A model generated the notes under the pieces. It had not been told where the DNA came from. It worked only from the letters and a program-made list of their open reading frames with translations, and did no database searches. A program made the translations under genes and the position numbers. Below are positions 25,132-36,191 of a stretch of DNA of 64,000 bases, piece after piece (position 1 is the stretch's first letter; each line of letters opens with the position of its first letter). The stretch lies in contig NC_068981.1 of NCBI RefSeq assembly GCF_001194135.2, positions 165,207,808 to 165,271,807 on the forward strand. Reading direction: 5' to 3'. This stretch comes from Octopus bimaculoides (taxonomy: Eukaryota).

Positions 25132-26868
25132 AATATAAACCTAAATATTAATAAGAATAAAAATAATGAACCCCAAAGAACCAATATAACCAATATAACC
25201 TTTCACATAGAAATAACCCCAATAAAACTGATACGAACAATAATAAAGATAAAAACAACAATAGAAAGAAATACAATAACCGTAACTACAACTTCACACG
25301 CTATGCGAATACTGAGAGTAGCTTCTATACCAAAAATAACAATATTAATAATAAACGAAATAGCGATAAGATCTGGTTAATAATCCCCTTCGCCATGCAG
25401 CTCAAATCTAACATAATTCGCCCCATAAATGAGACTCATAGATAAGCACTTGAATTTAAATTATAAATATGCAGCAATATTTAAGAATAAAGTTAGAGTA
25501 GGCTATTGCCTGACTAGTAACATAGCTACTATCATAGCCTTGATAAATAATAAGCTAGACACCTTCTGCGAAACTAGGAAAATTAGCAACATAAAACATA
25601 ACAGCCAACTGGCAAATAGAATAAATCTCACCCATAATGACGCGCCTTCAAGCAACACAGACAACGACCCGAGAAACAATAGCCCCCGCCCCTTCAACAC
25701 AACAGTAGCACAGATAAACTGAATATTTTATGTGGCTACAGAGACAGAAATAAGTGTCAATTCTCTAATAGGTGTAAAACAAAAAATGTAGTATACCAAT
25801 GCGACGTACTCGCAAATAACCATACAAAATCTATATAGGATCCACGAAAAATCAAATGATAATTAGGTACTATTCCCACCAATCTAGTTTTAGAAATAGA
25901 GGTAAAGCAAACTTTACAGGGTTTAGTAGCTACATCTGGGAATTAAAGAACAAAACAAATCAGTTATAGTTTAGAATGGCGTATCATAGCAAAAACCTCA
26001 TCCTATAACACTACCAATAATCGGTGTGATCTCTGTTTAACAGAACTCGAAATATTAATGGCTAAACCGCTTCTACTCAAAAAGAAATTTGAAAATAATA
26101 AAATTTGTCTACATATAGGCCAATTTGTCTTTTCTAAGTTTCGTTAAACCCTCTCAATCCCGCACACATCACTACCTCGTAGCCTTAACCGTACTAGCAG
26201 ATTTACTCATCGGCGTATTACCTCACCTAAACCTAATGCTTACCTAACTCGCTTACACCAATCCAAACTTACATTATAAATAAATAAACAATATACTTAA
26301 TCCATATTCTACGTTACCGTACTACAAACCCGCATTATAAACCAATAATTATATACCTATTCTACATCCTATGCTAGCCTATTCCCATAAATCCTTTTAG
26401 TCGAAAACCACCAACGCTACTTACACGCAAATGTTCCCTTTCCAACCCCCGTTCTCCTTGCACTCTTCATAACTAGATATTATTATGCCAATGAGACTTT
26501 CTACACGCTGGATCGGACTGACACTCGATTTATACTTTACACTAATATACGGCTTCCTGTATAAATACGAGCCGCCTACAACCTATAACTTACTGACACA
26601 TAGGTCCTTATAACCACACCGGTTATCCTTAATTAGAGTTAACTCCCTTACATTGCACCGGAGGTTAACCCCCAGAAGTCACTCACATGTGGAAGCCATG
26701 CTATTAAATAACCATGAAACCACAGATTCAACTAACTTCTATTCTTCCATCTCACAACGGACTTAATGAACTGTGAACCTAACTATAATGTAAGACTTTC
26801 GAAATTTTGATCATTTTTTTCCGATGCATCCCGCTATTTTTCGCTCTTTTATCTACGTCTAACTTCTT

Positions 26869-26954
26869 CGTTCTGATGATGTCTACCATTGGCAACGATG
26901 TAAAAATATAAATAAATATTTTCCTCACCATGGTACACAGAAACGATCGTAAAC
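26869..26954 (+). ncRNA. Two tandem degenerate hammerhead ribozyme motifs in the Penelope 3' region
   Basis: CTGATGA T GTC-TACCATT-GGC [GA missing] AACGAT-GTA (26873-26901), followed by GAAACGATCGTA (26940-26951) with palindromic ACGATCGT stem III but no 5' core. Confidence 0.4.
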
Positions 26955-27062
26955 TCACTCTTACTCTCACCTTTCTTAACTAATTGAATAATGGATTCCT
27001 AGCGCAAAAGACACACTTATTATTGTTATTTTTCCTCCATTTTCTTTTCACCTATATATATA

Positions 27063-27640
27063 TTGTGGTACCCCTACAAAAAACAAGACATAATAAGGAT
27101 CGAAGCGCCACAAAGGTCAATCACAAAAAAATAAATAAATGGCATGATGGGACTTGATTACTGGGCTCGACTTAAACAGCTGAAGTTCTATTCTCTGCAA
27201 TGCCGCTGAGAGCGCTACATTATTTACACAATGTGGAAAATTCCACCATTATTATCCAAATGATATTGGTATTATGTTTACAATTCACCCAAGACTAGGC
27301 CCCCGTGCAATACACCCTAAACGAAGGTCGAGATCACATCACATGAACATTGTGACACAATTTCTCCACTGCAAATGGCCCTGCAATTTTCAATGTTGTC
27401 CCAAAAGAAATGAAAGTAGAAAAAGACCCCACAACGTTCAAACGGTACCTGGACCAAGTCCTCCAGCAAATACCGAATAAACCACCTACACCTGGATACG
27501 TCTCAACCAACAACAACTCTCTGCTTGAGTGGTCCATGGTGTCCCGAAATAATTAACTAAAAGACTTTTCCATGTGGTGCTATTGAGTTAGTCATGGCCG
27601 GGGCCGGTAATGGCCGAAACCAATCTAAATTATCTAAGTT
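27063..27640 (+). mobile_element. CR1-like LINE 3' fragment
   Basis: LWYPYKKQDIIRIEAPQRSITK..GMMGLDYWARLKQLKFYSLQCR*ERYIIY.MWKI...GPAIFNVVPK..FKRYLDQVLQQIPNKP.TPGY..NNNSL. Confidence 0.8.
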
Positions 27641-27818
27641 ATATATATTCAAATTAATCTTTAATTGCAGACTGTGATTAATAAATATGAATCTAATGTT
27701 TATTGAATTCTATATCAAGGTTTGTTTCCATTTTGCATTGATAATTAGTTGTTATATACAATTTTGTTTATTTGTTTGTTTATTTATTTGCTTACTTGCT
27801 TATTTGTTTGTGTTTATC

Positions 27819-29364
27819 CTTTTCAAAAATTCATTCGGAAGACATCTTTATAATGTATTGTTTGTTTGTTGTTTGGCTTTATAATGTATTGTTTGTTTGT
27901 TTGTTGTTTGTTTGGCTGACTGGCTGAATGGATATTTCCTATCCTCCCCCTCCTTGTCATGATAATTGTTATATTCGTCGTGGTCGTCACAAACGTCTTC
28001 TCATCATCATCCTTATCATCATCATTATCAGCAGGGGTAGAAGCAGCTGCATTACTGATGTAAATACTCTCAATGTCGTCGCCTTCAGCATCAGCTTCAG
28101 CGTCATCACCATTATTACCGCCGTCGTCGTTTTCATCATCATCATCACCGTCATCATCAACAGCGTCATCTTCATCTTGCTATCTTCCGTGAGGATGCTA
28201 TCATCACCATCCATCATAATTATGTTTCCCTATCGTCGTCATGTTTATCATAGACAATACCATTATCAACCTAAACGTAATCATATTGATCAGCAGCAGC
28301 AGCAACACTGCCATCATTGTCTTCGTCATTGTCGTGATCTTGTCATCATCATCATCATCATCATCATCATCACCATCTTCTCCCTTTATTTTGGTCAACA
28401 CTATCGCCATGTTCACAGCAGTCGCAGATAACTTCCTCGGCATCATCACCACCATTTTAATTTTCAAAATCATTTAATTATTATAGTTACCTTTGTTACC
28501 AGCTCGAAATTGCTTTAAATGAGTATCAGTCATATACTAGGTGGAAAAAATTGACGTTCTTGGGGAAGCTCTAGGTGACCACGAGGATGAACTAACTGAT
28601 CTGTTTCGGGGGACTTTAGGGCCCTTTACCACCATGGATAATTTCCAGAAATCCTTGGCCTGGCAGGACTATCAAGGAGTATAGCCAGTTCGAAATGAAC
28701 CCTACAGGCACGGAAGCGTTGTCAAGCTGGACTGTCCGAGATCAGCGCAGAACGACGAAACTATTCTGTACGCACGAAACTATTCTGACGAAACCATTCT
28801 GCACAAATAACTCGATTGATGACAACAACGACGACAATATAACTGCACTATACTCCGAATGTAAATTCGAATAACGAAACAGTATCTTTGGAAACTCCAA
28901 TAAAGAATATTTTCCTGAAAGCAATAAGGCTTGGAGCATTCTGTCGCAAATCAGGAGCCAGCTTAACACAGCTCATTACAAAACGAGAGTAAATTATCTA
29001 TCGCTTCACGAAGACACTGGAGCTTCCTCGATGGGCCGGCTTTTGAAAAATTCATTCGGAAGACATCTTTATAATGTGTTGTTTGTTTGTTTGTTGTTTG
29101 TCTGGTTGGCTGACTGGCTGAATGGATATTGCCTATCCTCCACCTCCTCCTCCTTGTCATGATAATTGTTATATTCGTCGTGGTCGTCACAAACGTCTTC
29201 TCATCATCGTCCTTATCATCATCATTATCTGCTGGGGTGGCAGCAGCTGCATTACTGATGTCGTCGCCTTCAGCATCAGCTTCAGCGTTATCACTATTAT
29301 TACCGCCGTCGAAGTTATCGTCATCACCATCAACATGATCATCATCATCATCATCATCATCACC

Positions 29365-29414
<50 letters not shown>

Positions 29415-29494
29415 CATCATCAACCTCTACATCATCATCATCATCATCATCATCATCAACAACAACAACATCATCATCATCATCTTGCTATCTT
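27819..29494 (+). repeat. Local direct duplication (copy 1 27819-28186, copy 2 29040-29494)
   Basis: Both copies begin CTTTT(C/G)AAAAATTCATTCGGAAGACATCTTTATAATG, share CTGACTGGCTGAATGGATATT and GATAATTGTTATATTCGTCGTGGTCGTCACAAACGTCTTCTC, and end CATCTTGCTATCTT. Confidence 0.9.
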
Positions 29495-30129
29495 TGAATA
29501 TCCTCGTGAAAAACTTCCTCACCAACTCGAACGAACATAAAAACACTATTGGACTGATTTCAAACATTTCTTTTCCACTGTTGGATATTTTTGATTTGAT
29601 TGCTGTACGAATATAATGACAATAATTATTGTTATACTTGTGTTTGTTTTGAAATAAACAGAGAGGGAATTAAAAAAAAAACGTGGATTTAGCGATCAAT
29701 CATGGCGACTGGTTGGAAAAATGTAGTCGGACAGGAGAGCTAAGAAGAAGGGGAGATAATAAAGAACTGGTGATTCCAAAACGAAGGTGCGCGTGCGTTT
29801 GTATGTGAGTGTGTAAGTCTGTGCGTGTGGATAGAGGCTAATGACTTTGATGTGCGGATGTGTGCGTGTGCAAGTGTGTAAGTGTGTGTGTGCGTCTGTA
29901 ATGTGTAGATGTGTGGATGATGATGTGTGAGTGTGCGGATTATGGTGTGTGGGTGTGCAGATGATGGTGTGTGGTGTGGGTGCTGGGAAGTGGTCAGTGC
30001 TAGTGCGTATGGAGTGGTGTGGGGTGATGTGATGTTGTGTGGTGGTGCGGTGGTGTGTGGTATGGTGTGGTGATGTGGAGGTGTGGGGAGGGAGGTGTAA
30101 AGGTAGGTATTGGGTATGTGGGTTGGAAT

Positions 30130-30431
30130 GTGCGGAGATGGAGGGGGTGTCAACCAAGGGAAAAGCTGAGTAAGAGTGAAGAGAGGACTAAGTGTCAAGA
30201 CACAGATAGGTGTTATAATGAATGACCGGTAGAACGGAAAAGACGCGAGACCGGGGTGTCATTGCCGAGTCTAATGTTTCGAAAGTGCTCCGTGAACCGA
30301 TCAGCCAAGCGTGAATTCTTACTAGGTGGTTCACACTGAAGAGGCTCAAGGATTATATATACAAAAGCGGAAACCCGATTATGTTGATGTTCTAAACTGC
30401 ATAATATTTTATTTTGTGCTATTGAATACAT
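30130..30431 (-). mobile_element. Penelope-like element GIY-YIG endonuclease fragment (different subtype from 24200-27000)
   Basis: ORF 30213-30431: RLADRFTEHFRNIRLGNDTPVSRLFRSTGHS matches the PLE consensus RL.DRF.EH.R.I....PVA.HF...GHS. Confidence 0.75.
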
Positions 30432-30613
30432 TAATTCTTTCCGTTTTCCTCGCCTACTGTTTTTCTTTATCTTGATGCTGTACGGTGGATTAATTAAGAC
30501 TTTAGCTCTTATTTCCAGTAGGTGTATGCTTTTTAAGCATCATTACGTTTCATGCAATTATATATATATATATATATATATATACATACATACAGACAGA
30601 CAGACAGACAGAC

Positions 30614-30688
<75 letters not shown>
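30614..30688. repeat. (GATA)n microsatellite (others at about 18950-19018, 31073-31138, 54087-54130 and 54533-54600)
   Basis: Direct reading. Confidence 0.97.
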
Positions 30689-31092
30689 AAGCAACTGGTT
30701 ATAGCTTTATGAAGGATTCAGTCAATAATGTTGACTGATTTGCGCCAGTAGATTGCCTGATCAAGGAAAATAACGAAATATTAGTGCTAAATTCGTTCAG
30801 AGTTGCCTCTCTTAGGCATATCTCATTGACAAGAGCCAATATGCTTGAAACATCACTGTCTGGGATTCCTAATAGATGGCGACACTGAAGATTTTTTCTC
30901 CACGATAACTGCAGTGTATTTGCCTTTAGCAGTTGAAATATGTCACAAACATATTTCAACTAACCTAAATTCTGCTTATGCCTAAACACTCCTTAACGCT
31001 AATATTTCGTTAAATATATATATATATATATACGCACACACTCACACAAACGTACACACACATACACACACACATACATGCAGAAAGAGAGA

Positions 31093-31159
<67 letters not shown>

Positions 31160-31550
31160 TTAACTGGGACATTGGAATTTTTTTTTCAAGCTTTGATTCT
31201 CGCGTCGGAAAATGTTCTCTAATTATTTTTAAAATTCTTTTTTAAATAGTAAAATACCCACACACACACATGCACACATACACACATAAGGCCTAAAATA
31301 GTTTCAAAGAGACGATTTAATTGAGAAACATAGAAAACAATAAGTCTATTTCAAAAATTGGATTATTATTGGGATACATCACAACTATTGGTTTCATCTC
31401 CATAGATTCAGATGTTCAAGTAAGTCTTAAACAAACTTATTTCAACGATGAAATCATTAAGACAAAATAGAATAATTAACTGCAGAAACATTTTAGGGTG
31501 AAACTACAAGCTATATCGTGACATGTTTATGGGATGGGGTGCGTGCGAAT

Positions 31551-31586
<36 letters not shown>

Positions 31587-32015
31587 GTGGAGTATAAATG
31601 TCAGCGCAAAACCGAATAACTGGTGACACGTTCTTGTCACTCATGCAGTCAGGAAGGCTCAGAACCAATGGTTTTGCTCGTTGGAAACCTGTAAGCAACG
31701 ACGCAATTTCCCATAAATTGTGATATATGAAAATAAACCCAAAAAACTAAGGGAGTTAAATAAGGAATTAATATTGATTACCATCTTTCCCGACTTTCAC
31801 TGACACCTTCACTCCATGGCTTGTACCCTTCTTCCATATCATCGTCGTCATTGTCATTGTCGTCGTCATCGTCGTCATACTCCTCCCCTTCCGCTCCCCT
31901 CGACTTCGTCCTCTTTCTCCTCATCATCGTCATCTAGATAATCATTCTATCTTTCTCTATACATTGCTCCTTTCTTCAGTTTAACAAACATGCGCGCGCG
32001 CGCACATAGACATGC

Positions 32016-32058
<43 letters not shown>

Positions 32059-32394
32059 TGTATGTATTTATGTATGCCTGTATATATATTTGCATCTATG
32101 TATATATANNNNNNNNNNNNNNNNNNNNNNNNNNNNNNNNNNNNNNNNNNNNNNNNNNNNNNNNNNNNNNNNNNNNNNNNNNNNNNNNNNNNNNNNNNNN
32201 NNNNNNNNNNNNNNNNNNNNNNNNNNNNNNNNNNNNNNNNNNNNNNNGTACACACATACACACACACATATATATATATATATTTTCTTCCCTAAGCGTC
32301 TGCTAATACTTTACATGTACTACGTACACGCGTTGTTTTTTTGTGCTTGCTGTTCGTTTTCTTTTCGGATTTACTATTTTATATAAATATATGC

Positions 32395-32448
<54 letters not shown>

Positions 32449-32578
32449 TCACATAACCATTATTATTTTGTGTAAGGCTAGATTTTTCGAAGATAAATCT
32501 ATTTCTAATTTACAAACTTCTAGTATTTGTATTATGGTTCTTCTCTTGATCACTCATTCGCACACATGCAAATATATA

Positions 32579-32609
<31 letters not shown>

Positions 32610-33762
32610 GCGCGCGCATACATATAAGTGCAAACAACACGCACATTCACACACACACCTACGCATAAAGATATACACATGCTTGTGCATATACATATAC
32701 ATAAATACATACATACATATATATACATATATGTATATATATAGGGAGAGAGAGATATATATAGATATAGATGTATATATAAATATATACATACATACAT
32801 ATAGGGTAGTCTTTCTATCATTTAGGATTATTTTTGCTGCTGTTTCAGTAATATTTGTTGATATTTTCTTTTGTTGTTATGTTGTTGCTGTTTAGTTTTA
32901 ACATTTTTTGTTTAATTCTTTTGTGAGCCTTATCTGACTTCGTTATCTGTCACATCTTAATTTTTTTGTTTTATGTTGTTTGTTTTTAGTTTTCGTTTTC
33001 GTTTGTTTTGTTTTTTGCTTTGTTTATTTTTTTTTTTACCCCTTATTCTTTTTGCCATTGTCAAGAAGTTGTGACTAATCTTGATAAATTCAAAGAAACA
33101 AAACACAAAATCGCATGCAACATAAAAGTAACGGTGTAATGATGATGACGATGACAATGATGAGGGGAGGAGGAGGATAACTATGGCGGCGGCAGCGGCG
33201 GTAGCGGCGGTNNNNNNNNNNNNNNNNNNNNNNNNNNNNNNNNNNNNNNNNNNNNNNNNNNNNNNNNNNNNNNNNNNNNNNNNNNNNNNNNNNNNNNNNN
33301 NNNNNNNNNNNNNNNNNNNNNNNNNNNNNNNNNNNNNNNNNNNNNNNNNNNNNNNNNNNNNNNNNNNNNNNNNNNNNNNNNNNNNNNNNNNNNNNNNNNN
33401 NNNNNNNNNNNNNNNNNNNNNNNNNNNNNNNNNNNNNNNNNNNNNNNNNNNNNNNNNNNNNNNNNNNNNNNNNNNNNNNNNNNNNNNNNNNNNNNNNNNN
33501 NNNNNNNNNNNNNNNNNNNNNNNNNNNNNNNNNNNNNNNNNNNNNNNNNNNNNNNNNNNNNNNNNNNNGATGATGATGATGATGATGATGACAATGACAA
33601 CGATAACAACCACGTTGATGACGATGACAACCACGATGACGATGACGACGCCGCCGACGAGTACGCAATGTAATAGGAAGTAGAGAAGAGAAGGGTGTAA
33701 AAGAAGCAGAAGGAAATAGTAATAATGCAAATCCGATGTTGAAGAGGAAAGGAATGTCTTAC

Positions 33763-33869
33763 CCCAACTAACTTAACCGCCAAATTTTGCTGAGAGGTCG
33801 ACGTGATGAGGGTCAGCATTTCACCTTGGTGCGCGGCCTTGCTCTGAACATGTGCTTGTTGGTCATGGT
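33763..33869 (-). CDS. Candidate internal exon (107 nt) of an unidentified gene
   Basis: CTCTCTTTCAAAATTCAG | ACCATGACC...TTAGTTGGG | GTAAGA; open in phase 1 (xHDQQAHVQSKAAHQGEMLTLITSTSQQNLAVKLVG); GC-richer unique island. Confidence 0.25.
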
Positions 33870-34198
33870 CTGAATTTTGAAAGAGAGCATTTGCCATTGG
33901 TAGACAGAGGAGTTTGGGATTTATGCTAGCGTCCTTTGATGGACCCCTTGGTGGTCGTTTCCACATTGGAACTTCTTTCACCTCTTAATATGTTTATATA
34001 GTCTCTGCATAGAATGAAATAAAAGCCACTAAAATAGCAAATGGATCAAATCTGCTGCATCCCTTTCAACAGAAAGCATGGCCCTCGCACCAAACAAACG
34101 CATCGTTTATATAAATGTACAAAAGTAGAATCTATGTATTTGCATATAAAACAATATGATACATTATGATATAATATAAAATAATATAATATAATAAG

Positions 34199-34319
34199 GG
34201 TAAAGGGGTAAAGGACTAGATCCCTTTGTTCTAGAATGATCATGGGATTGCACCTAGAAAGTTCACTTCCTAGACACGAGTCTGGGAATCGAACTCACAA
34301 CCTTACGACGGTAAGCCAT
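34199..34319 (-). mobile_element. SINE family B copy with a large internal deletion
   Basis: Tail (reverse complement AAAGGGGTAAAGG..GATCCCTTTG..GAATGATCATGGGATTGCACC) joined directly to the B-box region GGAATCGAACTCAC. Confidence 0.7.
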
Positions 34320-34814
34320 ATATATGTATATATATATATATATNNNNNNNNNNNNNNNNNNNNNNNNNNNNNNNNNNNNNNNNNNNNNNNNNNNNNNNNN
34401 NNNNNNNNNNNNNNNNNNNNNNNNNNNNNNNNNNNNNNNNNNNNNNNNNNNNNNNNNNNNNNNNNNNNNNNNNNNNNNNNNNNNNNNNNNNNNNNNNNNN
34501 NNNNNNNNNNNNNNNNNNNNNNNNNNNNNNNNNNNNNNNNNNNNNNNNNNNNNNNNNNNNNNNNNNNNNNNNNNNNNNNNNNNNNNNNNNNNNNNNNNNN
34601 NNNNNNNNNNNNNNNNNNNNNNNNNNNNNNNNNNNNNNNNNNNNNNNNNNNNNNNNNNNNNNNNNNNNNNNNNNNNNNNNNNNNNNNNNNNNNNNNNNNN
34701 NNNNNNNTATGTATGTATGTATGTATGTATGTATGTATGTATGTATGTATGTATCATCTTGTTGAACAAGCCGTTAGAGACGAATCTCGAAGTCCCAGTT
34801 GAATAAACTTCCAT

Positions 34815-35240
34815 CCAACTATCTTCTCCGCTCACTCATCCTAGAAGAGTCCTGTAGCATTTCCTTCAAAAGATCATATCGTAAGCAACCGTCATTTGAC
34901 TTTCTGGATGGATTTTCAAGTATGACCAGCTGAGACTATAAATATTATCTAAACTTTTCATTCACGATCTATCATTAAGTTTCTAGCTGCTTGGTTCGAG
35001 TTGAAGAATGTCTTGCGATCCTTTTCTGTGACATCGAAAATCACATGTCTGAAGTAGCGGAGCAATGACATCTGAATGCAGAGCGCAGCTTCATGATCTT
35101 CGAGTTACGCATTCTGTCGAATAACTTATATACGCGATCGTACTATCATGCTCTTTCGGTCAACACCAATGAGGTGGATAGGCATGAAGACCTATTCTAA
35201 GATAGAGAGTTTGGCATTTTTATCAACTTTTCCTTTTCTG
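34815..35240 (-). mobile_element. RTE-clade LINE 3' fragment (highly decayed)
   Basis: Minus strand KLSILE*VFMPI...SRI; LLRYFRHV; LDNIYSLSWSYLKIHPE..TVA, the RTE ORF C-terminal pattern. Confidence 0.65.
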
Positions 35241-35395
35241 AAAGCAAATACTCCACAGGTGATTTTAAACAAATAATCATTTATATAATTATATATACGT
35301 AAAGAATAGGAATTGACCTGCTCGCTAAGTGTTTAACGAGACATGTTGAAATACCTTGATTCTAGCAAATCCTACAATTGAATGATACTATATAT

Positions 35396-35431
<36 letters not shown>

Positions 35432-35558
35432 TTGTATGTATACATAGATGTATGTGTGTATGTATGTATGTATGTATGTATGCATGCATGCATGTATGTA
35501 TCTATGTATGTATGCATGTATGTATGTATGTATGTATGTATGTATGTATGTATGTACA

Positions 35559-35760
35559 TAGGAGGAGAATTCACACAAAAAAGCAAAAGATGAAGACAGG
35601 TGGTGTAGACAACAAGCAAATGTATTAGTATAACGCTCGGGAAGTGAAAAAGTCTTTAACATTTCGAGCCTACGCTCTTCCACAGAAAGGAACACAGAAA
35701 GAAACAAAGAGAGAAAAAACGAATGTATAGTGGCTAGCGATCTATCATGGTGAATGCCGA
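35559..35760 (-). mobile_element. Short Penelope-related repeat with a degenerate hammerhead, flanked by (TATG)n
   Basis: Minus strand CTTT CTGTGGA A GAGC-GTAG-GCTC GAAATGT T AAAG (35654-35689); core A6 changed to T. Confidence 0.65.
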
Positions 35761-36150
35761 TGTATGTATGTATGTTTGTATGTATGTATGTATGTATGTA
35801 TGCATGTATGTATGCATATATGTCGCTATAATTTTATGTATATATGTATATATATATATATATCAGTACTGCAATTTTAATTTTCTTTCATATATACTTC
35901 ACTCAATTTCGAGCAGCATGTTTTTATCATTTAAATTAGTCGCTGTTGTTATTTAACGCAGTTTGATCAAAATCTTTTGAACGCTCTCCCCACATTACTA
36001 TTTCATGCTTCTCTTGAGCGTTAATCATCTAGAGAATTACAGTAATTCGATGTATCCTTCCTTTTTCATGAAGGTTGGATGTGATTTCTGATACATTTCC
36101 TTTCTTGCAAGTCGCTTAATCATAATGAATCCGCGAAGCTTTAATCTTAC

Positions 36151-36191
36151 CTGAAATCGCAGGCGTCTTTAAGTCTTCGTTTATCGTTCAC
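36151..36191 (-). CDS. Candidate internal exon (41 nt)
   Basis: TTTAATGACAG | GTGAACGATAAACGAAGACTTAAAGACGCCTGCGATTTCAG | GTAAGA; only phase 0 is open (VNDKRRLKDACDF). Confidence 0.25.

Larger units (their letters stand above)
24200..27000 (+). mobile_element. Penelope-like retroelement (RT plus GIY-YIG endonuclease plus 3' region), 5'-truncated and decayed; Naiad-like motifs
   Basis: RT: FDITMGAPYS..LVGIYLL..GLYRDDAL (24270-24400), YLDS, PYIKPN..KYIN..SNYP; linker W-x-x-x-PF..DKH..IF..VGYC..N (25375-25560); EN: C-x-x-R..C..NVVYQC..YIGST..H.SSF..YIWELK..EWRII..Y..CDLCLTE..CLH (25730-26145); stops and frameshifts throughout. Confidence 0.88.

Noticed and set aside
25720-26145. Selenocysteine-encoding (TGA at conserved Cys) Naiad endonuclease
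   Set aside because: The recognisable conserved Cys positions are TGT/TGC (one mutated to TAC), not TGA, and I found no SECIS evidence. The family consensus could still be checked.
27595-27625. GGCC-GGTAAT-GGCC-GAAAC, resembling a hammerhead 3' half
   Set aside because: No CUGANGA upstream; it lies in the CR1-like 3' UTR, where a terminal stem-loop is expected.
31780-31945. Acidic exon-like stretch ending in a GTAATC donor on the minus strand
   Set aside because: Derived from GAC/GAT low complexity, needs a frameshift and has no acceptor.
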